Below are positions 8,380 to 18,213 of a stretch of 64,000 bases of DNA, one piece after another. The translations under genes were made by a program, and so were the position numbers. The DNA is from Candidatus Thermofontivivens primus (GTDB lineage: Bacteria > Sysuimicrobiota > Sysuimicrobiia > Sysuimicrobiales > Thermofontiviventaceae). Position 1 is the stretch's first letter. Every line of letters starts with the position of its first letter. The notes under the pieces are model-generated. The model had not been told where the DNA came from. It saw nothing but the letters and a program-made list of their open reading frames with translations, and did not search any database. Where the stretch lies: positions 32,001 to 96,000 of the forward strand of contig JAVKJW010000003.1 of NCBI GenBank assembly GCA_031458695.1, given 5' to 3'.

Positions 8380-9294
8380 TTACCACCCATAGTCTACGGC
8401 TGGGGCGAGCTGCTTTGTCGGCCTCAGCATCCTGATACGATCCGCTCCCAGCCTAGAGAGATACTCCGCACGATCTTTCACTCCCAGTACCCACTCCTCT
8501 AGCCACCTCTCGAAGTTCTCCCGTGTACGGGAGCGCTCGTAATAGTCCATGTAGAATGCATGGTCGCGCCGCGAGTATCCTTGTACAGGGGAAGGGTGCG
8601 CTCCCCAAGGTTCCGGCACGACGGCATCCACGAGGAACCCAGGAACGATGGTGCGGTTCGGATCGCCCTTGATCACAGCGGAGTCCACGACTTCCTCACA
8701 GCTCACGATCACGCGCTTGGCTGCACGCACAGCCTCAAGGGTGATCCCCAAGTTCCCCCACAGGTGGGCGTTACCAGCGGCATCGGCACGCTGGACGTGG
8801 ATGATGGCTACATCGGGTTGGATAGCCCGGACAGCCACGAGCGGCTCACCGGTGAACGGGCATTGCACGAGGCGCAGGGAGGGGTTGCGGGCGAGGAGGT
8901 CTGTCCCCAGCGCTGTCTTTGCTGGCAGGTAAGGGACACCCCAGGCCGCAGCTTGAAGGCCGAGGGCGATGGTGAGGTTCGTGTGGTCTTCTACTTCCAG
9001 AGGGAGAGGGATGGACTGTTCCACGGCGCGACGGAAGTTGTATCCAGGGCCTCCGCCGACGTTCCCGATCCAAGCGACGATCACCTTGCGGACACATCCC
9101 GCACCGATCAGTTGGTCGAACAGACTGTCAGAGATGGGACCGATCAGCGTGAGGTTACGCTTCCCTTGGCGGATGATCTCATGGCCGGCGGCGAAGGGGA
9201 TACAGGACTCCAGCCCACACCCCATGACGATGGATGCTCCATCATGGACCCATCGGGAGATAGCTTCTGTCATGGTGAAGATCTTGGAGTCCAT
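8380..9294 (-). CDS. gctA: Family I CoA-transferase subunit A
   Basis: PFAAGHEIIRQG, PDVAIIHVQRADAAGN, PWGAHPSP; start MDSKIFTM at 9294. Confidence 0.85.
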   Translation of the reverse strand: MDSKIFTMTEAISRWVHDGASIVMGCGLESCIPFAAGHEIIRQGKRNLTLIGPISDSLFDQLIGAGCVRKVIVAWIGNVGGGPGYNFRRAVEQSIPLPLEVEDHTNLTIALGLQAAAWGVPYLPAKTALGTDLLARNPSLRLVQCPFTGEPLVAVRAIQPDVAIIHVQRADAAGNAHLWGNLGITLEAVRAAKRVIVSCEEVVDSAVIKGDPNRTIVPGFLVDAVVPEPWGAHPSPVQGYSRRDHAFYMDYYERSRTRENFERWLEEWVLGVKDRAEYLSRLGADRIRMLRPTKQLAPAVDYGW

Positions 9295-9462
9295 AGATTT
9301 CCCCCACGCTGAAACTCTCTTCCCTCCGGAGAAGGGAATCACCCCACTCAGCCTAGCGGATTCTTCGGGGATTCCTCTCTTCCTGCTGTTGCCTGGGAGA
9401 AAGGATTTCCCAAGATGGGCGCTTGACCGGCCCATGGCCCGTTCATAGAATGAAGGAGGACG

Positions 9463-10374
9463 ATGAAGGCGCGCTCCATGCTCTTCACCATCTTTGGCGA
9501 CTCTGTTCGCTACTACGGCGGTGAGATCTCCACAGGTAGCCTCATCCGCTTGATGGGAGAGCTTGGGTTTTCCCCGGGAGCGGTGCGAGTTGCCCTGGCG
9601 CGGATGGCCCGGCAGGGGTGGGTAAAAGCTAGGAGGGAGGGGAGGCGGAGTTTTTACGCTCTCACCGAGCGTGGCCGGAAGCGCATTGAGTATGGGACGC
9701 ATAGGGTCTATAGCCTTCGCCATGGCCCGTGGGACGGTCTTTGGCGAATTCTCTCCTACTCCTTCCCAGAGGCTCGACGGGGAGAGCGTGACCGTCTCCG
9801 CCGGGAGCTCATTTGGCTTGGCATGGGCCCTCTGGCAAACGGTACATGGATCACCCCGCACAACCTTATCGACTACCTCAAAGAATTAGTGACGGCACAT
9901 GGGATTCAGGAGTACGTGATCCTGTTCACCGCTAAGTTCACCGGGCCCGGAGGGGATAAGGCGGTGGTGCAACGCTGTTGGAACCTCGAGAGGATTGCGC
10001 GGTGGCACCAAGCGTTCATAAGAACCTTCAAACCAAGGTTCTTGACCCTCCAGAGGCGGTTTGCCAGAGGGAATCCGCCTCCGGATAATTTCTGCTTCGT
10101 GGAGAAGGTCCGGCTGGTCCACGAGTACCGGAAATCCCTGTTCGTGGACCCGTGGCTTCCGGACGACCTGCTTCCAAAGGATTGGGTTGGGTACGAAGCG
10201 GCGAAGCTTTTCTTTGCGTATTATCAGCTCCTAGCGCCGCGTGCACGAGCGTTCTTTGAGAAGGTTTTTGAGCCTCCCCCAGGTTGGACACCTCCGAAGG
10301 CTCCTGTCGATCCCTTCCAGATTGAAGCGGCTACGCCGCAGCTTGCAGTCGCCTCCTTGGGCGATATGAGGTAG
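9463..10374 (+). CDS. paaX: PaaX-family transcriptional regulator
   Basis: ARSMLFTIFGD, AVRVALARM, WDGLW, DPWLPDDLLPKDWVG; AAGGAGG RBS. Confidence 0.9.
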   Translation: MKARSMLFTIFGDSVRYYGGEISTGSLIRLMGELGFSPGAVRVALARMARQGWVKARREGRRSFYALTERGRKRIEYGTHRVYSLRHGPWDGLWRILSYSFPEARRGERDRLRRELIWLGMGPLANGTWITPHNLIDYLKELVTAHGIQEYVILFTAKFTGPGGDKAVVQRCWNLERIARWHQAFIRTFKPRFLTLQRRFARGNPPPDNFCFVEKVRLVHEYRKSLFVDPWLPDDLLPKDWVGYEAAKLFFAYYQLLAPRARAFFEKVFEPPPGWTPPKAPVDPFQIEAATPQLAVASLGDMR

Positions 10375-10413
10375 AGGCCATTCTCGATTTTGAAGGTTTT
10401 AGAGGCTTCCCCC

Positions 10414-10442
10414 TTGACAGACTCTCCACAGTTTGATAGCCT
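10414..10442 (+). promoter_or_regulatory. sigma70 promoter upstream of iclR-hcrCAB
   Basis: TTGACA, 17-bp spacer, TAGCCT with extended TG. Confidence 0.6.
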
Positions 10443-10488
10443 GTCCTCAGAAAGTTCTCTTAAGAGAACTTTATTCGCTAGAGCGAAC

Positions 10489-11346
10489 ATGCAGAAGGTC
10501 CGCCGCGTTCCTGCCGTTGACCGGGCGATCCAGTTGCTCAAGCTCTTGAAGGGCTCAGAGATGCGCCTCACGGAGCTCTGCCGGCGGACGGGTTTGCATA
10601 AGAGCACAGTCCACGGAATCCTCCATACTCTTGAGGCCCACGGATTTGTCTCTCGGAACCCCGCCACGAAGCGCTACCGCCTTTCGTACGGTCTCTTGGA
10701 GCTAGGGAACGCGGTGCTCGCGTGGATGGATCTGCGACGCATCGCCCGCGGGGCCATGGAGGAGCTCTGGAGGAAGACGGGAGAAACTGTTGTCCTCCAC
10801 TTGCTGGACCGCCAGGGAAGCCTTATTATTGACCGGGAGGAATCTCCCCACGAGCTGCGGGTTGCTGCGCCCATTGGGAAGCGCTTGCCTCCCTTTGCCG
10901 GCGCGGTGTATAAGGTGTTCCTTGCTGGCCTTCCTGATGAGGAGCTGGAACGCCTTCTCAAGAATACTCGCCTCCCTCGGTTCACTTCTCGTTCCATCAC
11001 CGATCCTCAAGCGTACCTAAGGGAAGTCCGGCGTGCGCGGAAGCTGGGCTACGCCCTCGATGACGAGGAATATCTTCCAGCAGTGCGCGCAGCTTCCGCA
11101 GCGATCTGCGATCCTGAGGGGACCCCCGTTGCTTCCCTTTCGGTCGTGGGCGTGAGCGTGCGTATGGACAACAAACGCCTGCGGGAGATCGGCGAACTCG
11201 TCCGGGAGGCTAGCCAGAAAGTCTCTGAGCTCCTCCGGATACAGGAGGGAGATGGAAGAAGCGAGGTTTCCTCGCCTCGGCGAGGTGCTGGGAAAAATGG
11301 GGATGCCAAGGCTCGTGCGCCTTCATGTGAACGGCCAGGTCCATGA
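10489..11346 (+). CDS. IclR-family transcriptional regulator
   Basis: VPAVDRAIQLL, GLHKSTVHGILHTL HTH, GYALDDEE. Confidence 0.9.
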   Translation: MQKVRRVPAVDRAIQLLKLLKGSEMRLTELCRRTGLHKSTVHGILHTLEAHGFVSRNPATKRYRLSYGLLELGNAVLAWMDLRRIARGAMEELWRKTGETVVLHLLDRQGSLIIDREESPHELRVAAPIGKRLPPFAGAVYKVFLAGLPDEELERLLKNTRLPRFTSRSITDPQAYLREVRRARKLGYALDDEEYLPAVRAASAAICDPEGTPVASLSVVGVSVRMDNKRLREIGELVREASQKVSELLRIQEGDGRSEVSSPRRGAGKNGDAKARAPSCERPGP

Positions 11347-11770
11347 GGTCTTCACTCCTCCGCACAGGACCCTGCTCGAGCTGCTACGGGAGGATCTCGG
11401 CCTCACGGGCACAAAGCACGGGTGCGAGCTGGGGGAGTGCGGGGCTTGCACAGTTCTGGTTGATGGACGTCCCATATTGGCTTGTCTTGCCCTCGCGGTG
11501 GAGGTGGAAGGAGCAGAAATCCTCACGGTCGAGGGCTTGGGCCGCCCAGGGAACCTCCACCCCTTGCAGGAGGCGTTCATGGAGGTTGGGGCCTTGCAAT
11601 GCGGCTACTGCACTCCTGGATTCCTCCTCTCTGCAAAAGCCCTCCTGGACCAGAACCCGGCGCCAAGCCGCCAGGAAATTCATGAGGCCCTTTCAGGGAA
11701 CCTCTGCCGGTGTACAGGATATCTGAGGATCGTACAGGCCGTCGAGCGGGCGGCCGTGAAAGCGAGATGA
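11252..11770 (+). CDS. hcrC: 4-hydroxybenzoyl-CoA reductase gamma subunit, 2x[2Fe-2S]
   Basis: GTKHGCELGECGACTV, QCGYCTPG, GNLCRCTGY; C-A-B gene order. Confidence 0.8.
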   Translation: MEEARFPRLGEVLGKMGMPRLVRLHVNGQVHEVFTPPHRTLLELLREDLGLTGTKHGCELGECGACTVLVDGRPILACLALAVEVEGAEILTVEGLGRPGNLHPLQEAFMEVGALQCGYCTPGFLLSAKALLDQNPAPSRQEIHEALSGNLCRCTGYLRIVQAVERAAVKAR

Positions 11771-14148
11771 AAGAGTTCACCTGGATTTCTAAGCCGTATC
11801 CCCGGGTGGATGCCGAGGCCAAGGTGACAGGGAGGGTGCGATATGCCGACGACCTTGTCCTCCCCGGCATGCTATTTTGTAAGCTTCTCCGTAGCCACCT
11901 CCCTCACGCGCGCATCCGACGGATTGACACAACGCGCGCCAGGAGCCTCCCAGGCGTTCTTGCGGTGCTCACAGGGAAGGATCTCCCTGCTCATAAGTTC
12001 GGGATCCTCCCCACCTCCCAGGACCAGGACGCTCTTTGCGTGGAGAAGGTCCGCTACGTAGGGGACCCTGTGGCTGCTGTGGCGGCTATAGATGAGTGGA
12101 CGGCCGAGCAGGCTGTGAGGTTGATTGAGGTGGAGTATGATCCCCTTCCTTCTTATATGACGATCGAGGATGCTCTTTTTAAGGAAGGGGAGCCAATCCA
12201 CGCACAGGGGAACGTCCACAAGGAGGTCTCCCTCGAGTTCGGGGATGTCGCGACAGGCTTCGAGGAAGCTGACTACATCCGGGAAGATATCTTCCTGTAC
12301 CACGGGAGCGCACATCTGCCCTTGGAAGAACACGCGGCCGTAGCCAGTTATGAGCCGGGGGACCTGCTCACCGTCTGGTCGAGCACTCAGGTGCCACACT
12401 ACCTTCATCGCACCCTGAGCAAGGTACTGGACCTGCCCATGAGCCGGATCCGGGTGATCGCGACCCCCGTGGGCGGAGGGTTCGGTGGGAAAAGCGACAT
12501 CTTCAACCATGAGATCGTGGTGGCTGCCCTGGCGATGATTACCGGAAGGCCGGTGAAGTGCACGCTGACAAGGGAAGAGGTCTTCTATACCCTTCGGCGC
12601 CATCCTACCTTGATGTGGGTGAGGACAGGGGTACGGGAAGACGGGACAATCACTGCGATGCACTTCCGGGCGATCCTGGAAGGAGGAGCTTACGGTAGCT
12701 ACGGGGTGGCCACGACTTACTACGTAGGGGCATTGCAGCCGATCACCTACAAAATCCCCAATTATCGGTTCGAAGGGATGCGGGTCTTCACAAACGCGCC
12801 GCCTGGAGGCCCCAAGCGCGGACACGGAACACCCCAACCTCGGTTCGCACTCGAGTGCCACCTCGACAAGATCGCAGAGGATCTCGGTATGGACCCCGTG
12901 GAGCTGCGGCGTCGGAACCTCGTCGCCCCCCACACGAAGACAGTGAATTGGCTCCGCATTACAAGCTGCGGCCTTGCAGAGTGCCTCAAGAAAGTCGTGG
13001 AGGCTTCACGGTTCCACGAGAAGCACCGGCGGTTACCCAGGGGAAGGGGCGTTGGGTTGGCCGTGAGCGGCTACCTGAGCGGGGCGGGGTTGCCCATCTA
13101 CTGGAACGACCTTCCCCACTCCCAGGTCCACCTTCAGGTGGACCGGAGTGGGAGTGTCACCCTTTCCTGCGGCGCCATCGACATCGGGCAGGGGTCGAAT
13201 TCGGTTCTGGTGTACACCGTCTGTGAGATCCTGGGGGTCTCTCCCGAGGATGTGCGACTCATCGTTGCGGATACTGCGATAACGCCCATCGACCTGGGGA
13301 GCTACTCGAGCAGGGTGACGTTTATGGCCGGGAATGCTGCGCTGCAAGCAGCACAGCGCATGCGGGACCTCATTGCTGCCGCTGTCGCGGAGAAACTAGG
13401 GGTCCCGGCGGAGTCCCTTATCTTCCAGGGGCGCCAGGTAAAGGTAGGAGGGGGTGAGGACCGAGCCCTCAGCTGGCGGGAGGCCTGTGAGGTAGCTGAG
13501 GCGCGCTACGGGCTGCTCTCTGCGACAGGTACCTATACCCCTCCTCGCTTAGCAGGTCCCTATAAGGGGTCAGGAGTTGGGCCATCTCCGGCGTACAGCT
13601 ACTCCGCTTGTGTAGCGGAAGTTCAAGTGGATGAAGAGACCGGGGTCGTCTCCGTGGAGAAGATCTGGATCGCCCATGACATCGGGCGGGCTCTCAATCC
13701 CCTCCTCGTCCTTGGCCAGGTGGAGGGGAGTGTCTATATGGGGCTTGGGGAAGCTCTTATGGAAGACCTGTCGGTGAGGCAAGGTGTGATAAGGGTTCCG
13801 TCGATGCTTGAGTACAAGAGCCCCACCGTCAAGGAGATGCCTGAGGTAGAGGCCTTCCTGATCGAAACCGTGGACCCCGAAGGCCCATTTGGAGCGAAGG
13901 AGTGCGGTCAGGGCCCGCTTTTGCCTGTTCCGCCGGCCATTGCCAACGCCATTTATGATGCTGTGAGAGTGCGCATCGATGAGGTCCCCATCACACCTGA
14001 GAAGGTATTGAAGGCCCTTGAACGGAGGAGAAAGGGAGAAGAGGGACGCTTCGGTCCAGGCGGGTTTCCCGCCATCCGGTTCAAAGAGCCGATCCGGGTT
14101 GCACCTCCTTCGCCCTCTTCGGCGGGGAGGGTGGAACCTCGCCCATGA
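11767..14148 (+). CDS. hcrA: 4-hydroxybenzoyl-CoA reductase alpha subunit (Mo, xanthine oxidase family)
   Basis: TQVPH, GGGFGGK, KRGHGTPQ, DIGQGS, GSYSSRVTFMAGNA, EGPFGAKE; clustered with benzoyl-CoA pathway genes. Confidence 0.85.
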   Translation: MKEFTWISKPYPRVDAEAKVTGRVRYADDLVLPGMLFCKLLRSHLPHARIRRIDTTRARSLPGVLAVLTGKDLPAHKFGILPTSQDQDALCVEKVRYVGDPVAAVAAIDEWTAEQAVRLIEVEYDPLPSYMTIEDALFKEGEPIHAQGNVHKEVSLEFGDVATGFEEADYIREDIFLYHGSAHLPLEEHAAVASYEPGDLLTVWSSTQVPHYLHRTLSKVLDLPMSRIRVIATPVGGGFGGKSDIFNHEIVVAALAMITGRPVKCTLTREEVFYTLRRHPTLMWVRTGVREDGTITAMHFRAILEGGAYGSYGVATTYYVGALQPITYKIPNYRFEGMRVFTNAPPGGPKRGHGTPQPRFALECHLDKIAEDLGMDPVELRRRNLVAPHTKTVNWLRITSCGLAECLKKVVEASRFHEKHRRLPRGRGVGLAVSGYLSGAGLPIYWNDLPHSQVHLQVDRSGSVTLSCGAIDIGQGSNSVLVYTVCEILGVSPEDVRLIVADTAITPIDLGSYSSRVTFMAGNAALQAAQRMRDLIAAAVAEKLGVPAESLIFQGRQVKVGGGEDRALSWREACEVAEARYGLLSATGTYTPPRLAGPYKGSGVGPSPAYSYSACVAEVQVDEETGVVSVEKIWIAHDIGRALNPLLVLGQVEGSVYMGLGEALMEDLSVRQGVIRVPSMLEYKSPTVKEMPEVEAFLIETVDPEGPFGAKECGQGPLLPVPPAIANAIYDAVRVRIDEVPITPEKVLKALERRRKGEEGRFGPGGFPAIRFKEPIRVAPPSPSSAGRVEPRP

Positions 14149-14193
14149 GGGAAATCCGGGAGTGACGGATTTGATTCGACAAGGAGGAGTACG

Positions 14194-15174
14194 ATGCTGC
14201 GCCTTCCGCCATTCCAGTATGTGAGGCCAGGGACCCTTCATGAGGCGGTGGGGATCTTGGCCTCAGAGGGAGGGAAGGCTGTCCTCATGGCGGGTGGAAC
14301 AGATCTACTCCCTCGCATGAAGCATCGGGTTGCCGCGCTGGAGGTCGTGGTCGCGATCCGGGCGCTTCGTGAACTGAGGGGAATCTGGGGGGACCCGCGA
14401 CAAGGCTTGGTCATCGGTGCCGCCTCTACCTTGGCGGAGGTGTGCTCCCACCCCGCAATCCGCCAGGGATATGAGGTACTTTCGCTGGCAGCAGCGCAGG
14501 TAGCTACCCCGCAGATTCGGAACATGGGAACAATTGGCGGGAACTTGTGCCTGGATACGCGCTGCAGCTACTATGATATGCCTTACACCTGGCGCAAGGC
14601 CATGGGGTTCTGTCTGAAGAAGAATGGCGACACTTGTCTCGTTGCGCCAGGGAGCACACGGTGTTGGGCTGTCTCTTCCTCAGATCTGGCCCCAGTGCTC
14701 ATGGCGCTGGACGGGCGCGTCCGCCTCGTCGGACCCCGAGGGGAGCGCGTCGTTCCCGTTGAGGAACTTTACCGGGACGACGGGATCCGCTACCTCAACA
14801 AGGAACCCGCGGAGATTCTCACGGAGGTGCTCCTCCCTCCCCTCGATGGCTGGAAGGCCGCCTACTGGAAGGTCCGGAGGAGGGGATCTTTCGACTTTCC
14901 TGTTCTCAGCCTGGCCGTTGCTGTGCGCCAGGATGAAGGCGGGCACATTGCCGATGCGCGCCTCATCCTTGGAGCTGTCCGGAGCTCGCCGCTTCGAGTG
15001 CGTGAGGCTGAGGAAGCGCTGAGGGGGGAGAAGCTAGAGCCAGGTATCATGGAGGTCGTCTGCGAGCTCGCCTCTCGCGCTGCTAGACCTGTGGAGAACA
15101 CCGATTTCACGGTCCTGTGGCGCAAGCGCATGGTGAAAGTCTTCCTGAGGCGAGCGCTCGGCACATTCGCTTAA
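14194..15174 (+). CDS. hcrB: 4-hydroxybenzoyl-CoA reductase beta subunit (FAD plus [4Fe-4S] insertion)
   Basis: AGGTDLLP, IRNMGTIGGNLCLDTRC...CLKKNGDTC...RCWA (HcrB-type Cys insertion). Confidence 0.85.
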   Translation: MLRLPPFQYVRPGTLHEAVGILASEGGKAVLMAGGTDLLPRMKHRVAALEVVVAIRALRELRGIWGDPRQGLVIGAASTLAEVCSHPAIRQGYEVLSLAAAQVATPQIRNMGTIGGNLCLDTRCSYYDMPYTWRKAMGFCLKKNGDTCLVAPGSTRCWAVSSSDLAPVLMALDGRVRLVGPRGERVVPVEELYRDDGIRYLNKEPAEILTEVLLPPLDGWKAAYWKVRRRGSFDFPVLSLAVAVRQDEGGHIADARLILGAVRSSPLRVREAEEALRGEKLEPGIMEVVCELASRAARPVENTDFTVLWRKRMVKVFLRRALGTFA

Positions 15175-15219
15175 AACTCGATCTCGGCAAATGCATTTTG
15201 TCCTAAGAGGGGGGAGACC

Positions 15220-16182
15220 ATGGAGGTGTTCAAACCCAGACCTGCTGAGGAGTTCGAGTTCCAGGAGATCCTCTACGAAAAGCGAGATGGCATCGCCAGA
15301 GTAACCATCAACCGTCCTCATGCCTATAACGCATATACAACCAGGACCCTTTGGGAGATGTTCCAAGCATTCCAGGATGCAGCCTGGGACGACTCCATCA
15401 GCGTTCTTGTTCTTACAGGCGCTGGGGACAAGGCGTTTTGCACCGGCGGGGATGTGAAAGAATATGCAGCTGTGTACACACGCAAGCCCCGGGAGTACTG
15501 GAAGTACATGACCCTCTTCGCCATGACCCATGATATGCTGAGAAACCTGGGGAAGCCAGCCATCGCGCGGCTCAATGGCATCGTGGCCGGTGGAGGAAAC
15601 GAGTTCAACATGGCCTGCGATTTAGCTATTGCCGCTGAGCACGTGACCATCCGGCAAGTGGGCACGCGGGTTGGGAGCGTGGCCGCGGGTGGCGCAACCC
15701 AGTGGCTTCCCATCATGATTGGAGACAGGCGAGCGCGGGAGATGCTCTTCCTGTGTGAGCCCATCACCGCCCAGCAGGCGCTAGAATGGGGACTCGTGAA
15801 CCAGGTCGTCCCCTACACGGAGCTGGATGCGGCAGTGGAGGAGATGTGTCAAAAGATCATCCGGAAGTTTCCGGAGTGCACCCGCTATACCAAGCAACAG
15901 GTGAACTTCTGGAAGGACCTTGCTTGGCACGCCACCATTGGCCACGCCCGGGACTGGCTTTCCTTGCACTTCGCTTGCTGGGAGCCTCTCGAGGGGATGA
16001 CGGCGTTCGTGGAGAAGCGCGAACCGCGCTACCTGGAGATCCGCCAGCGCCTTGCAGAGGGACTCCCCACCGAGTTCCCCTGGGGAGGGTACGTCCGTAG
16101 CTGTCCTTCCTGTGGAGCCTCTTTTCTTCCTGAGGGGTTCCGCTATTGTGGGCAGTGCGGCGCTGTGCTCCCATCACCATGA
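15220..16182 (+). CDS. oah: 6-oxocyclohex-1-ene-1-carbonyl-CoA hydrolase-like crotonase with C-terminal zinc ribbon
   Basis: YNAYTT, AFCTGGDVKEYA, GSVAAGGATQWLP, KFPECTRYTK; tail CPSC...CGQC. Confidence 0.75.
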   Translation: MEVFKPRPAEEFEFQEILYEKRDGIARVTINRPHAYNAYTTRTLWEMFQAFQDAAWDDSISVLVLTGAGDKAFCTGGDVKEYAAVYTRKPREYWKYMTLFAMTHDMLRNLGKPAIARLNGIVAGGGNEFNMACDLAIAAEHVTIRQVGTRVGSVAAGGATQWLPIMIGDRRAREMLFLCEPITAQQALEWGLVNQVVPYTELDAAVEEMCQKIIRKFPECTRYTKQQVNFWKDLAWHATIGHARDWLSLHFACWEPLEGMTAFVEKREPRYLEIRQRLAEGLPTEFPWGGYVRSCPSCGASFLPEGFRYCGQCGAVLPSP

Positions 16183-16203
16183 AACCTACAAGGGGGATGA
16201 GCG

Positions 16204-16971
16204 ATGGCCTACGAGTTTATCGAATTCCATGAGACAGACGAGGTTGCCCGCATCACCTTGAACCGGCCTCCCCTCAACATCCTCACCGCGGCGATGATGG
16301 AGGAGATCCACACTGCCCTTACCGTCGCTGCTTCTTCCCTGAAGAGGAGGGTAATCGTCTTCGACGCCGTGGGGAAGGCGTTCTCTGCTGGGGTAGATGT
16401 GGCCGAACACACGGCAGACAAGGTCGAGGCAATGCTGGAGGCGTTCCATAAGATCTTCCGCAGCCTTGCCGAGATCGAAGTGCCCACTCTCGCCATCGTT
16501 CACGGGCCGGCCCTGGGCGGGGGGTGCGAGCTCGCGATGATGTGCGACTTTGTGATCGCTGGTCGGTCAGCGACCTTTGGTCAACCAGAGATTAAAGTAG
16601 GCGTGTTTCCTCCCGTAGCTGCGGCGAGCCTGCCATATCTTGTAGGGATTCGGCAAGCCTTGCGGCTGATCTTGCTCGGGGGAACCATCGGTGCCGAGGA
16701 GGCAGCAAGGCTTGGCTTGATCACCCTGGTTGTCCCCGATGAGGCCTTGAAGGAGGAAGGGGAGAAGCTCATCGCCACCCTGGTAGGCTTGAGTGCTCCA
16801 GTGTTGCGTCTGGCTAAGAAGGCGACCTTAGGACCAGTCCGCCGCCTCTTCTCCCGCTCTCTGGAGGAAGTGGAAAGGCTTTACCTCCAGGACCTGATGA
16901 AGACCCGCGATGCCCATGAGGGCTTGGCAGCGTTCCTGGAGAAGCGGGTACCTGTCTGGCGCCACGAATAA
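16204..16971 (+). CDS. dch: Cyclohexa-1,5-diene-1-carbonyl-CoA hydratase
   Basis: RPPLNIL, FSAGVDVAEH, GQPEIKVGVFPP, LYLQDLMKTRDAHEG; lies between oah and had. Confidence 0.85.
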   Translation: MAYEFIEFHETDEVARITLNRPPLNILTAAMMEEIHTALTVAASSLKRRVIVFDAVGKAFSAGVDVAEHTADKVEAMLEAFHKIFRSLAEIEVPTLAIVHGPALGGGCELAMMCDFVIAGRSATFGQPEIKVGVFPPVAAASLPYLVGIRQALRLILLGGTIGAEEAARLGLITLVVPDEALKEEGEKLIATLVGLSAPVLRLAKKATLGPVRRLFSRSLEEVERLYLQDLMKTRDAHEGLAAFLEKRVPVWRHE

Positions 16972-17149
16972 AACGTATTCCAAGAATCGGACTGTGCTGA
17001 GAATCCGGCGGATTGAGGAGGCGGCGAGGGTCTTCCCCAGAGTGGACATTGACAAGGCCAACCTCTAAACGACAGTGGCGGAGGCCGAGGAATTGGGAGC
17101 GAAGGGGAGACCCGAGCACATTCCATCCATTCACTCAAGGGAGGTGAGG

Positions 17150-18181
17150 GTGTTGAAGGCAGCGATTTTTGAGGAAGCAGGAAAGCCCCTCCGTGTGGAC
17201 GAGGTGCCGGTTCCCGCGTTGGGGCCTGGGGAAGTTCTTGTGCGAGTCGCCGCGTGCGGGATCTGCCACACGGATCTGCATTATATCGACCACGGCGTCC
17301 CCACCTTCAAGGCCCCCCCGCTCATTCTCGGCCACGAGGCCTCCGGGGTCGTGGAGGAGGTTGGGCCAGAGGTCGAGAAGATAGGACGAGGGGACCGCGT
17401 GCTCATCCCTGCCGTAGTGACCTGCGGCACCTGTGTATACTGTCGGAGCGGCCGGGAGAATATCTGCGAGCGGCAGGCTATGTTCGGGAACCATATCGAC
17501 GGAGCCTATGCGCAGTATGTGAAGGCTCCCGCCAAGGATCTCCTCCTTCTTCCTCCGGAGCTGCCCCTGGAGGAGGCCTGCATCATTGCCGACGCCATCT
17601 CCACGCCCTTCCATGCAGTGACGAACCGAGGGCAGGTGCGACCCGGCGATCAGGTTGTTGTCTTTGGGTGCGGGGGAATTGGCATCAACATCGTACAGAT
17701 CGCGGCCTCGCTGGGAGCAGTGGTCTATGCGGTGGATTTGCGGGAGGAGAAGCTCGAACTCGCCAGGAAGCTGGGAGCACACGAGACGATGAATCCGCAG
17801 GAAGTTCCCCAGGTCTCCAAGGTGATCAAGCAGCGCACCGGTGGCGGAGCAGATGTCGCATTTGAGGCTATTGGGAAGCCGGAGACGATCCTCCAGGCCT
17901 TCGATAGCCTCCGCAAGGGAGGTCGTCTCTGCATCGTCGGGTACAGCCATCTCCCCGCCGAGTTCAACGTAGCCAAGATAATGTTCTTTGAGATGGAGGT
18001 TGTAGGATCGCTGGGATGCCGTCCTGTGGACTACCCGCGGATCATTGAGATGGTGCGCCTGGGAAAGCTGCGCCTTGAGCCGTTGATCTCCCATCGCCTT
18101 CCCTTGGATGAGATCAACCACGGGCTTGATCTTGTGCGCCAGGGGATTGGCGTCCGCAACATCGTCCTCCCCCATGCGTAG
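17150..18181 (+). CDS. had: 6-hydroxycyclohex-1-ene-1-carbonyl-CoA dehydrogenase (Zn-dependent ADH)
   Basis: CGICHTDLHY, LGHE, CGTCVYC...C, IADAISTPFHA, GCGGIG; gene context. Confidence 0.8.
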   Translation: MLKAAIFEEAGKPLRVDEVPVPALGPGEVLVRVAACGICHTDLHYIDHGVPTFKAPPLILGHEASGVVEEVGPEVEKIGRGDRVLIPAVVTCGTCVYCRSGRENICERQAMFGNHIDGAYAQYVKAPAKDLLLLPPELPLEEACIIADAISTPFHAVTNRGQVRPGDQVVVFGCGGIGINIVQIAASLGAVVYAVDLREEKLELARKLGAHETMNPQEVPQVSKVIKQRTGGGADVAFEAIGKPETILQAFDSLRKGGRLCIVGYSHLPAEFNVAKIMFFEMEVVGSLGCRPVDYPRIIEMVRLGKLRLEPLISHRLPLDEINHGLDLVRQGIGVRNIVLPHA

Positions 18182-18213
18182 TTAACCCCCAGGCAACCCC
18201 TAGGGGGTTCGAC

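Noticed and set aside
9295..9861. N-terminal extension of the CoA-transferase A ORF to 9861
   Set aside because: It overlaps divergent paaX; family similarity begins at Met 9294, which has an RBS-like GGGGG.
11252..15174. Aerobic CO dehydrogenase or xanthine dehydrogenase
   Set aside because: No CoxL AYxCSFR loop; the FAD subunit has the HcrB Cys insertion and the context is the benzoyl-CoA pathway.
17048..17076. TTGACA promoter before had
   Set aside because: No convincing -10 at 16-18 bp spacing.
18184..18209. Intrinsic terminator after had
   Set aside because: A hairpin is present but has no U-tract and the next gene starts 5 bp later; function unsupported.
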